DNA from: Thermodesulfobacterium commune DSM 2178
GTDB taxonomy: Bacteria; Desulfobacterota; Thermodesulfobacteria; Thermodesulfobacteriales; Thermodesulfobacteriaceae
Length of the DNA: 32,000 nt
Direction: 5' to 3'
NCBI RefSeq assembly: GCF_000734015.1
Contig: NZ_CP008796.1
Span: 1,350,001-1,382,000, forward strand
The notes beneath the pieces were generated by a model. The model made no database searches and had not been told where the DNA came from. It saw only the letters and a program-made list of their open reading frames with translations. Of the stretch, positions 1 to 8,123 are shown in pieces. The position numbers were made by a program, and so were the translations under genes. Position 1 is the stretch's first letter. Every line of letters starts with the position of its first letter.

Positions 1-120
1 ATAAAAAAGAGATATAGGTGTGTCTAAATCACAGGCAACTTCAGTATAAACGGGAACAAGGTTGTGCTTTTTGGCAAGGTCTATAAAGACCTCTTTCTCT
101 GGAAAAACCTTTAAGCTCAT
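1..120 (-). CDS. trpE: Anthranilate synthase component I family protein, 5' end only (first 40 codons; the gene runs off the left edge)
   Basis: Not in the ORF track because there is no stop in the window. The reverse complement of 1-120 starts at ATG (120..118) and reads MSLKVFPEKEVFIDLAKKHNLVPVYTEVACDLDTPISLFY. The LVPVY.E...D.DTP.S.F pattern is the conserved N-terminal block of TrpE-type chorismate-utilising enzymes. The start lies 3 nt after the hisS stop on the same strand. Confidence 0.45.
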   Translation of the reverse strand, partial: MSLKVFPEKEVFIDLAKKHNLVPVYTEVACDLDTPISLFY

Positions 121-123
121 AGA

Positions 124-1434
124 CTATCCCTTTACCTCTTTAACCACTTTCGCCACAAGGTCATCTAAACCATCAAAACCTATCTCTTTCTGGGCACTTT
201 TCTTTAAATCTCTAAAAACAGCTCTTTTCTCAGCCCACTCTTTTTCTCCTAAAATCAGGACAAAATTAGCCCCAAGTTTATCCGCATTTTTTAGCTGCGC
301 TTTTAAAGACTTTTCTTCATAGGTTGTCTCACATCTTAGACCTTTTTCTCTGAGCTTCTGAGAAAGGATTACTCCTTGTTTTATCAAAGGTTTACCTAAA
401 AATACCAGATAAAGGTCAGGACAAAGTTTTTCTGTAAGTGTATTTGGGTCAAGAAGTCCCTTATTTTCTTCGTCTCCGAAAAGTGAAATAGCCCATCTTT
501 CAAGTCCTATAGCAAACCCTATAGCCGGCAACTCCGGTCCACCAAGTTCTTTAACGAGATAATCATATCTACCGCCAGCACACACCGTATCCTGAGCCCC
601 TAAACCTTTAGCCTTAATCTCAAAGATAGTCCTCACATAATAGTCTAAACCCCTTACCAACCTTGGGTTTAGAGAAAACTCGATGTCTAAGGATTGCAAG
701 GCCTCCTTAAGCTCCTGAAAGTGTGTTTTGCAGTCTTCGCATAAGAAATCTGTAATCAAAGGACTTCCTGAAACGACCTTTTTACAGCCCTCATTTTTAC
801 AATCAAGCACCCTTAAAGGGTTTCTCTCGATCCTCTCTTTACAGGTCTCGCAAACCTCATCTTTATGCTCTCTAAGAAAGGATAACAGCGCCTCCCGATA
901 TTTAGGTCTACACTCAGGACAACCGAGGGTGTTTAATTCTAACGTATAAAGCTGATCAGATTCTTCAGGCAAAGGACTTTTTAAAATCTTTAAGGCAAGA
1001 AAGATAACTTCTGCCTCTAAATAAGGATTCAACTCTGAAAAAACCTCAAGGTCTATCTGAAAAAACTCCCTTAATCTTCCCTTTTGAGGGCGTTCGTGAC
1101 GAAACATCGGGCCTATGGTAAAAAACTTCAGAGGCTTAGGCCTTACATACAAACCATGCTCTATAACCATCCGACAGATTCCTGCGGTAGCCTCAGGACG
1201 TAAGGTCAACCAGTCTTTGTTTCTATCTTCAAAAGAATAGGTTTCCTTTTGAACGATATCGGTGACCTCTCCTATGGACCTTACAAAAAGTTCTGTTTTT
1301 TCAAGTATAGGGATTTTAATCTCTTTAAAATTAAACAGCTTACACCATAGCCGTGCCTTTTCTATCAAATATTCATACTTTACGAAATCTTCAGGCAACC
1401 AGTCTTTAAAACCTCTTACTGCCTGCAGCTTCAT
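124..1434 (-). CDS. hisS: Histidine--tRNA ligase (class II aaRS)
   Basis: 436-aa ORF. It has an N-terminal VRGFKDWLPED block, FRHERPQKGRLREF (motif 2 region), AGGRYDYLV (motif 3 region) and a C-terminal anticodon-binding-like block (VLILGEKEW). Its start overlaps the upstream stop as ATGA (1431-1434). Confidence 0.9.
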   Translation of the reverse strand: MKLQAVRGFKDWLPEDFVKYEYLIEKARLWCKLFNFKEIKIPILEKTELFVRSIGEVTDIVQKETYSFEDRNKDWLTLRPEATAGICRMVIEHGLYVRPKPLKFFTIGPMFRHERPQKGRLREFFQIDLEVFSELNPYLEAEVIFLALKILKSPLPEESDQLYTLELNTLGCPECRPKYREALLSFLREHKDEVCETCKERIERNPLRVLDCKNEGCKKVVSGSPLITDFLCEDCKTHFQELKEALQSLDIEFSLNPRLVRGLDYYVRTIFEIKAKGLGAQDTVCAGGRYDYLVKELGGPELPAIGFAIGLERWAISLFGDEENKGLLDPNTLTEKLCPDLYLVFLGKPLIKQGVILSQKLREKGLRCETTYEEKSLKAQLKNADKLGANFVLILGEKEWAEKRAVFRDLKKSAQKEIGFDGLDDLVAKVVKEVKG

Positions 1435-3134
1435 CTAACATCTTCTCCCCAGGATTTAGCAAGCACAACCCCACCCATAGGCATAAACACCCTGTCATAA
1501 CCTTCGGCCTTTAACCAGCGGACCACCTCATAAGACCTTGTTCCCACACTGCAAACCACCACTAAGTCCTTATCCTTGGGAAGGGTTTTTATCGCTTCCT
1601 TTGCTCCTTGATAGGGAAGGTTAATCCAGTTGGGATACCTCTGTACCATCTCTTTGGCTTCTTCTGGGGTTCTTACGTCTACTATCAACAAGTCTCGGTC
1701 CCTTTCCCTTAATCTTCTTAAAACCTCCTCCCACTCTATCGGTTTAAACCTTTCAAAAATCAAATTTTCTGCCACATGTCCCACAACGTTAATCGGGTCA
1801 AGGGCCGTGTTAAAAGGTGGTGAATAGGCCAACTCAAGCTCTACTAAATCTGCCACCGAAGGTTTTTCTAACAACAAGGTTGACATGGCATGCACCCTGG
1901 CCAAAGTACCATCAGTATAGGGCCCTACAGACTGAAAACCCAAAACCTTACCTGTCCTTTTATCAAACACTAAGTTATAATAGGAACAGCCTATAGAAAA
2001 GAAATGAGCCCTTTCGTGCTGGATGTTAAGGGCATAGGTTGCATCTACAAACCCCTCTGCTTTAGCTACCCCTAAACTAATCCCACAGCCACCTATAGAC
2101 ATGTCAAAACACTTTAAAATAAAAGCACCGATGGTGCCTTTAAACCTGGCATATCCTCCTGCAAGATTAGTGCCTATAACCCTTCCTTGTTTGTTAGCTA
2201 AAGACCCTTGAGGCATGAGCATCCTTTTACCGGTGATCAAATGGACTACCTCTACGCAGTCTCCACCGGCGTATATATCTGGGTCTGAGGTTTGCATCCT
2301 TTCGTTAACCACGATCCCACCGGTAAGAGGAGAGACCAGAAGACCTGCCTGTTTTGCAAGGTCAGTGTTAGGGATGACTCCTGTAGCTAAGAGAACCAGG
2401 TCTGCAGGATAAAACCCATCTTCTGTCCTGACCCCTACTACCTTCCCGTTTTTCCCTACGATTTCTTTAATCCTGGCATTTAAAACTACCTTAACCCCCT
2501 TTTTCCTCAAGTGATTTTCTATAATCCTTGAAAGCACAGGATCGATAAGCCTTGGCAACACCTGAGGAAAGTATTCTAAAAGGGTTACAGGAAGCCCCCA
2601 GGACTCCCCAAAAGCCTCTACTACCTCAAGTCCTATAAAACCAGCCCCTATAACCAGAGGGTTTTTAACCTCTCCCTTAACAAGTTTTTCTTTAATCCTG
2701 ATAGCATCATGGAGATTAGAAAGGGTATGCACCCCCTCAAGGTCAACCCCAGGAATAGGAGGAACCTTTGGTTTAGTGCCGGTAGCAAGTACCAGTTTGT
2801 CATAACCTATCTCTTCGGTCTTACCTGTGTCTAACCATCTAACCTTTACGGTCTTTTTTCTCCTATCTATCTCTTCTGCCTTAACCCTTGTTAAGACCTC
2901 TATACCTTTAGCTTCTTTAAAAAACCTTTCGTCTCTTATAGCATGAAAGGTAGTTCTTCTTAATTCATCTATGTGAGATACGTCTCCAGTAAGATAATAG
3001 GGCATACCGCAACCACCATAGGAGATGTACTGATCCTGGTCTATCATCAGGATTTCTGCATCTGGACGCAACCTTTTAAGCCTGCAGGCAGCTCTCGTCC
3101 CACAAGCTACAGCTCCTATCACTAAAACTCGCAT
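1431..3134 (-). CDS. FAD-dependent pyridine nucleotide-disulfide oxidoreductase with C-terminal rhodanese domain (CoA-disulfide reductase / persulfide reductase type)
   Basis: 567-aa ORF. It has an N-terminal dinucleotide fold (VLVIGAVACG), a single redox Cys in SYGGCGMPYY, a second fold (LVIGAGFIGLE), and a C-terminal rhodanese module with active-site loop VVCSVGTRS. This architecture matches CoADR-RHD enzymes. Confidence 0.8.
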   Translation of the reverse strand: MRVLVIGAVACGTRAACRLKRLRPDAEILMIDQDQYISYGGCGMPYYLTGDVSHIDELRRTTFHAIRDERFFKEAKGIEVLTRVKAEEIDRRKKTVKVRWLDTGKTEEIGYDKLVLATGTKPKVPPIPGVDLEGVHTLSNLHDAIRIKEKLVKGEVKNPLVIGAGFIGLEVVEAFGESWGLPVTLLEYFPQVLPRLIDPVLSRIIENHLRKKGVKVVLNARIKEIVGKNGKVVGVRTEDGFYPADLVLLATGVIPNTDLAKQAGLLVSPLTGGIVVNERMQTSDPDIYAGGDCVEVVHLITGKRMLMPQGSLANKQGRVIGTNLAGGYARFKGTIGAFILKCFDMSIGGCGISLGVAKAEGFVDATYALNIQHERAHFFSIGCSYYNLVFDKRTGKVLGFQSVGPYTDGTLARVHAMSTLLLEKPSVADLVELELAYSPPFNTALDPINVVGHVAENLIFERFKPIEWEEVLRRLRERDRDLLIVDVRTPEEAKEMVQRYPNWINLPYQGAKEAIKTLPKDKDLVVVCSVGTRSYEVVRWLKAEGYDRVFMPMGGVVLAKSWGEDVR

Positions 3135-3188
3135 TTAAGTCCCCTCCCAAAGAGTGTTCTTATGCATTTTAACATAAGATGAATTATT

Positions 3189-5207
3189 TTAAACCAATCT
3201 GAAAACAAGAAAAGCAAGCATCCAGGCCAAAACAAAACTATACACCAAGAAACCTAACGCAAACTTTACATTACCTTCTCTTGCCATCGTAATAACAGTA
3301 GCAGCGCAGGAATTATAGATCAGCACAAAGACCAGCAAAGACAGAGCCTGTTTAAAATTCATAAGTCCCTTTATTTTTTCTTTCAAAGAGCCTTCTTCCT
3401 CTTCTACAGAAAAAGAAGCAGGGAAAAAACTAAACAAAGAGGTAAAACTCTGTTTCAAAGCCTCTCCCAGTTTAAAGAACTCCTCTTTGGCTTTTTCCTT
3501 TGGGTCTATCTTTTCTAAACCATCTTCTTTCTCTTCAGATACGATAACCCCTAAGTTACTTAAAATAGCCTCTCTTGCTAAAAAACCTGAGACAAGAGAG
3601 GTGCTAATCCTCCAATCTCCAAGCCCGACAGGAGAAAGAACATAACTCAAGGCTTTACCAAGCTTAGCGGCATAGGTATTTTCTATGTTTTTCTCACCTA
3701 TCGGAAGATTTAAAAGCAACCATACCAAAACCGAAACCCCAAAGATCACCGTCCCTGCCCTATAGAGGAAATCTTTGACATAAACCTTGGTGATGTTAAA
3801 GACTGTCCTCCACGCAGGCATCCTGTAAGGAGGAAGGTCCATCACAAAGTGAGATAGTTCCTTCTTTAATAAGGTCTTTCTCAAAAGGACCCCTGTCAAC
3901 ACGGAAAAAATAATCCCTAAGAAATACAATCCCAAGATAACCGCTACAGGATTTTGAAAGAACACAAAAGCAAAGAAAGAAAAAACCACCAGCCTTGCAG
4001 GGCAAGAAATAAAAGGCACCATAGCTATGACTAAAAGTTTATCTTTAGTTTCTTGAAAAGTCCTGGTAGCAAGTATAGCAGGGACGTTACAACCAAGTCC
4101 AAGGATAAGAGGGATTACACTTTGGCCATGCAACCCTATCTTATGGGTAAACCTGTCCATCAAAAAAGAAACCCTTGGGAGATAGCCTGAGGTTTCAAGA
4201 AGGGTTAAGAAAAAGTACATAACCGTAATCAAGGGTAAAAAAGAAAGCACCACCCCTACCCCACCAAAAACCGCGTTTGCTATAAAACTTCTTAAAAACT
4301 CAGAAACACCTAAATCTTCTAAAACCTGAGCACAAAGAGGTGCCAAAAATTCCTGCAAAAAACCATCTATCCAGTCTATGATAGGCTTAGAGAAATCAAA
4401 CGAGGTTTTAAAGAATAAATACATGATAAAGCCAAAAGATAAAAAACCAAAAAAAGGATGCAATAAAAATCTGTCTAACGTTTCAGTAAGACTTTCCTTT
4501 GGGATAAGTTTGCGTTTAACTACCTCGTTAGCTACTCCTCTGGTAAAACTAAGCCGTTTTTCTTTTATAATCCTGCTTAACTCTTGGGCCTCACTTTCAA
4601 GTAAACGTAGTGTTTCAAATTTACTCAAGTTTTCTCCCGTAGACTCTCTAAACGCCTTAACCTTCTCCTCTAACTCAGGGGGATAAGAGATCTGAAACGG
4701 TATAGTCTGTTTCTCATAAGCCTCAACCACAGCAGGCAAAATCTCTTTTACCCCTTCTCCAGTTCTCCCTACAGTTTTTACCACCCTAACCTTTAAAAGC
4801 TCTGCCAACCTCTCTAAATCGATAGAAATCCCTATCTTTTGAGCCTCATCTATCATGTTTAAAGCCAGCACCATAGGTTTGCCAAGATCTAAAAGCTGAC
4901 AGGTAAGATAGAGGTCTCTTTCTATCCTTGGGGTTTCTATCACGTTAAGGATTACGTCATAGTCACCAGAAAGCAAAAAATCTAAGGTTACCTTTTCGTC
5001 TTCAGATACTACCTCTTCCAGAGTATAAACTCCTGGAAGGTCTACAAAATAGACCTCATAATCCTGAAAAAAGGTCTTCCCCTCTTTCTTCTCAACGGTA
5101 ACCCCAGCCCAGTTTCCTATCTTAAGATTTGCCCCTACCAAATGATTTAAAATACTTGTTTTCCCTACATTAGGATTACCTATCAAAGCCACCTTGATGG
5201 TTTTCAT
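3189..5207 (-). CDS. feoB: Ferrous iron transport protein B
   Basis: 672-aa ORF. The N-terminal G domain has GNPNVGKTS (G1), DLPG (G3) and NMID (G4). A polytopic membrane domain follows. Confidence 0.9.
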   Translation of the reverse strand: MKTIKVALIGNPNVGKTSILNHLVGANLKIGNWAGVTVEKKEGKTFFQDYEVYFVDLPGVYTLEEVVSEDEKVTLDFLLSGDYDVILNVIETPRIERDLYLTCQLLDLGKPMVLALNMIDEAQKIGISIDLERLAELLKVRVVKTVGRTGEGVKEILPAVVEAYEKQTIPFQISYPPELEEKVKAFRESTGENLSKFETLRLLESEAQELSRIIKEKRLSFTRGVANEVVKRKLIPKESLTETLDRFLLHPFFGFLSFGFIMYLFFKTSFDFSKPIIDWIDGFLQEFLAPLCAQVLEDLGVSEFLRSFIANAVFGGVGVVLSFLPLITVMYFFLTLLETSGYLPRVSFLMDRFTHKIGLHGQSVIPLILGLGCNVPAILATRTFQETKDKLLVIAMVPFISCPARLVVFSFFAFVFFQNPVAVILGLYFLGIIFSVLTGVLLRKTLLKKELSHFVMDLPPYRMPAWRTVFNITKVYVKDFLYRAGTVIFGVSVLVWLLLNLPIGEKNIENTYAAKLGKALSYVLSPVGLGDWRISTSLVSGFLAREAILSNLGVIVSEEKEDGLEKIDPKEKAKEEFFKLGEALKQSFTSLFSFFPASFSVEEEEGSLKEKIKGLMNFKQALSLLVFVLIYNSCAATVITMAREGNVKFALGFLVYSFVLAWMLAFLVFRLV

Positions 5208-5223
5208 CCATTTCCCCCTGCAT

Positions 5224-6321
5224 TTAAAGAGTTATTAAATCTAAAGACACCTCAGAAACGATCTCGCCTCTTCCTCCCTCTACAAACACCATATTTTCAA
5301 GCCTTATCCCAAAGTTATCCGGAAAATAAAGCCCTGGTTCAATCGTAAAAACCATGCCTTCTTCGATCCTTAAGTCTGGATCTACCGTGTAAATCACCCT
5401 TGGTGCTTCGTGCACCTCAACCCCTATCCCATGTCCTGTAGCATGGATGAAATACTTAGCAAGGTCCTTTTGAACAAGATAATCCCTTATGGCACGGTCT
5501 ATCTCAGCAACCTTTTCTCCAACCTTTACCTTTTCAAAACCTAAAAACCATGCATCTTTAAGGATGTTGTAAAGTTTAACAAACTCAGCAGGAGGATCCC
5601 CAAGATATATCGTGCGGGTAAAGTCAGTAGCATAACCTTTCCACACCATCCCAAAGTCTAAAAGCAACACCCCATTTCTTTCGATAAGAGCTTCTGAAGT
5701 CTCCCAATGAGGAACAGAACTATTTTTTCCAAAGGCAACTATAGCAGGAAAACTTTCTCCCCTTCCTCCTACAATAAACATCTGCGACACTAAAAAACCT
5801 CTTATCTTAAGCTCTGAAATGGGATAACCTTCTGCAAAAGATCTTTCTATCTCCTGTAAAACCTTGTTAAAAACCTTGTCAGTCTTTTTAACCCCTTCTT
5901 TTAAAACCTCGATTTCTTCTTTAGATTTAATCATTCTTATCAAACCAAGGGGGTCAACCACCCCCACCAGTTTGAATTTATTACTTCTAAGCTTTTCCTT
6001 AAAAGCACAGCTTACCTTATCCTTTTCAAAACCTAATCGCTTAACCCCTGCCTTCTGAATAAACTTCTTAAGGAACCCTATCGTATCTCCTTTAATCTCA
6101 ACTACCTCCCAGGAGGCAAGCTCTTTTTTAGCCTTTTCAATATAACGAGAATCTGTCAGAAAACAGACGTTATCCCCTGTCATCAAAACATAGGCATTGG
6201 TTGACCTAAAGTGGGAAAGATAAAATACGTTTGCCTGAGAAGAAAAAAGAAAACCATCAACTCCCCATCTCTCAAAACAAGCCCTTACCTTGGTTAATTT
6301 TTGTGCTATCTCGTTTGTCAT
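5224..6321 (-). CDS. M24 family Xaa-Pro aminopeptidase / prolidase
   Basis: 365-aa ORF. It has a creatinase/prolidase-type N domain plus a pita-bread catalytic domain with metal-ligand blocks (LLDFG...YATDFTRT, HATGHGIGVEVHE, FTIEPG). Confidence 0.8.
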   Translation of the reverse strand: MTNEIAQKLTKVRACFERWGVDGFLFSSQANVFYLSHFRSTNAYVLMTGDNVCFLTDSRYIEKAKKELASWEVVEIKGDTIGFLKKFIQKAGVKRLGFEKDKVSCAFKEKLRSNKFKLVGVVDPLGLIRMIKSKEEIEVLKEGVKKTDKVFNKVLQEIERSFAEGYPISELKIRGFLVSQMFIVGGRGESFPAIVAFGKNSSVPHWETSEALIERNGVLLLDFGMVWKGYATDFTRTIYLGDPPAEFVKLYNILKDAWFLGFEKVKVGEKVAEIDRAIRDYLVQKDLAKYFIHATGHGIGVEVHEAPRVIYTVDPDLRIEEGMVFTIEPGLYFPDNFGIRLENMVFVEGGRGEIVSEVSLDLITL

Positions 6322-6858
6322 TTCAACCTACCTTTTATCAAAATTGATTTTCAATCTAAATTAAAAAGGTACTACAATTTTAGGCTTTTACAAGAAAAAT
6401 CTAACTGAACTTAAAAATTTTGTCTTTTAAAGGGTTGTTTTATAAAAATTTTTATATATTATATAATTAATAAGTGGTTATTAGGTCTTTGACAAGAGAA
6501 TAGGCTACGGGGCAGGGGTTGAAGTTAAGTTGTTAGTTTTTTAAGGAGATGGTATACCCTTTTCAAGGGTGTGTGTACATATATTTAGTAAATAAATGGA
6601 TAATTTTTACCCCTCCCTACAAGCAAGATTTGATGCGACATAGAGAAGGGTATTTTTAGAGGTATTTTATTGAGTCTCATTTGCAATTAAATCTGCCCGA
6701 AAGTATCCTTGTAAGTTATTGATTTTATGTAGGAAATTTTTGTTATCCCAGGCTGTCAAGCATAGATTTCATCAGGGTTTCAAAGGGTCATTTTTAAAAA
6801 TTTAGTTTTATACTAAACTTAAAAAAGTTAGATTTTATCAGGGTTTCAAGGGGTAAGA
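6322..6858 (+). promoter_or_regulatory. CRISPR leader / divergent intergenic region (AT-rich, no ORF of 60 aa or more)
   Basis: 537 bp lie between the peptidase start and the first repeat. The region is AT-rich and sits at the end of the array opposite the degenerate repeat. It contains a duplicated 26-nt motif next to repeat 1. Confidence 0.55.
6763..6854 (+). repeat. Two copies of a 26-nt leader motif, 66 bp apart
   Basis: TAGATTTCATCAGGGTTTCAAAGGGT (6763-6788) versus TAGATTTTATCAGGGTTTCAAGGGGT (6829-6854), 24/26 identical. The second copy ends 4 nt before repeat 1. Confidence 0.8.
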
Positions 6859-7792
6859 GTAGAAACCTGCCCTACTTCAAAAGGGATTGCGACTAACCTT
6901 TACTTCAACTTTTACTTTTTCCTTTTCCTTTTTGTAGAAACCTGCCCTACTTCAAAAGGGATTGCGACTGATAGTCAAGGGGCTTCATGTCAATTGAAGC
7001 TACCAATGTGTAGAAACCTGCCCTACTTCAAAAGGGATTGCGACTTATTGTCCTACTTACTTCTTGTTGATTTTGTTCGTCCATAAGTAGAAACCTGCCC
7101 TACTTCAAAAGGGATTGCGACAAGGGGATTATAGAACTCAAAGTTTGAAGGATTGTATTGTAGAAACCTGCCCTACTTCAAAAGGGATTGCGACTCCTCT
7201 TTTTCTTCTCCTAATCTTACCTCACCTGTCCATTGTAGAAACCTGCCCTACTTCAAAAGGGATTGCGACCTATCACAAGGTATCCCATCATGCGGACAAT
7301 GATCAATGGTAGAAACCTGCCCTACTTCAAAAGGGATTGCGACAAATCGACTGTTACCTCAACTTTTACTCTTTCCATCGGTAGAAACCTGCCCTACTTC
7401 AAAAGGGATTGCGACCCAACACTTCAAAGGCAGTGTTGCAATCAGTCTTCCCCTAAAAAGTAGAAACCTGCCCTACTTCAAAAGGGATTGCGACCACCTC
7501 CCCCTCTTTTTCTATTTTATTTATCTTCTCTTCCAAGTAGAAACCTGCCCTACTTCAAAAGGGATTGCGACCCATTGCCCCCATTCCAAACTCTTCCCAC
7601 ACACTCCCTCCCTGAGTAGAAACCTGCCCTACTTCAAAAGGGATTGCGACTATAATACCTAAACCTCATCCTTCATCTCCTCCTTCGTAGAAACCTGCCC
7701 TACTTCAAAAGGGATTGCGACATGTCCTAGGTTTTCTCCCTTGGACGATTTGCCCAAGTAGAAACCTGCCCTACTTCAAAAGGGATTGGGAT
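6859..7792 (+). CRISPR. CRISPR array with 13 repeats of 35 nt (GTAGAAACCTGCCCTACTTCAAAAGGGATTGCGAC) and 12 spacers of 36-44 nt
   Basis: Repeat starts are 6859, 6934, 7010, 7087, 7160, 7235, 7309, 7381, 7460, 7537, 7616, 7687 and 7758. The first 12 are identical. The last (7758-7792) ends GGGAT instead of GCGAC. Plus orientation is inferred from three things: the degenerate distal repeat, the AT-rich leader on the left, and the ATTGCGAC 3' end, which matches the Cas6-type 8-nt crRNA handle. Confidence 0.97.
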
Positions 7793-7919
7793 GTTAAAGG
7801 CTTGTGTCTGGATAAACAACCGTCCTAAACAATGGACTTAGAGAATGCCGCCTGTGGTTCTTGCAATTTATTTAATTTAGGCTATGATTATTTTTTAAAT
7901 TCCTTTAAAGGTGAGGTAA

Positions 7920-8123
7920 ATGAGCACAGGTAAAATAGTTAATCTGGAAAACAAAAATAAAACTGCCGAAGACTTTAAACTTTCTCCTTTAGAGGAAATC
8001 ACCCTCAAAACCACCAAAGAAATCGTCATCAAGTTTATCGAAATGGGACGCTGCTCCCCTGCTACCTTTGAAGAGGTTTTCACCCAGGTCTTTTCTGTTA
8101 TCAAAAAAACCCTCACCAAATAG
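7920..8123 (+). CDS. Small hypothetical protein (67 aa)
   Basis: A strong SD (AAAGGTGAGGTAA) sits directly before the ATG. The stop abuts the next start (TAGATG at 8121-8126). The amphipathic-helix-rich sequence has no family I can name. The overlapping antisense ORF 7895-8140 lacks such signals. Confidence 0.45.
   Translation: MSTGKIVNLENKNKTAEDFKLSPLEEITLKTTKEIVIKFIEMGRCSPATFEEVFTQVFSVIKKTLTK

Noticed and set aside
62-322. 86-aa plus-strand ORF at the window start, plus similar antisense ORFs inside hisS, the CoADR gene, feoB, the peptidase gene, lutB, glcF, glcD, lctP and acd listed in the track
   Set aside because: All are fully nested antisense or out of frame within long ORFs that have clear family signatures. 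Their Ser/Leu/Phe/Lys-rich composition is typical of shadow frames of purine-rich genes.
7195-7536. A shared 11-mer, CCTCTTTTTCT, between spacers 5 and 9
   Set aside because: It is a short, low-complexity polypyrimidine (the reverse complement AGAAAAAGAGG is an ordinary E/K-coding string). The flanks are unrelated. Unlike the S1/S7 case, this is likely chance.
7115-7662. Three plus-strand ORFs (7115-7312, 7263-7463, 7306-7662) with repeating peptides VETCPTSKGIAT / RNLPYFKRDCD
   Set aside because: They are translations of the CRISPR repeats in different frames. The periodicity comes from the array, not from a repeat protein.
6859-7792. Self-targeting spacers (matches between spacers and the rest of this window)
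   Set aside because: I could not find any by eye, but an exhaustive comparison is not feasible without tools, so no claim is made.
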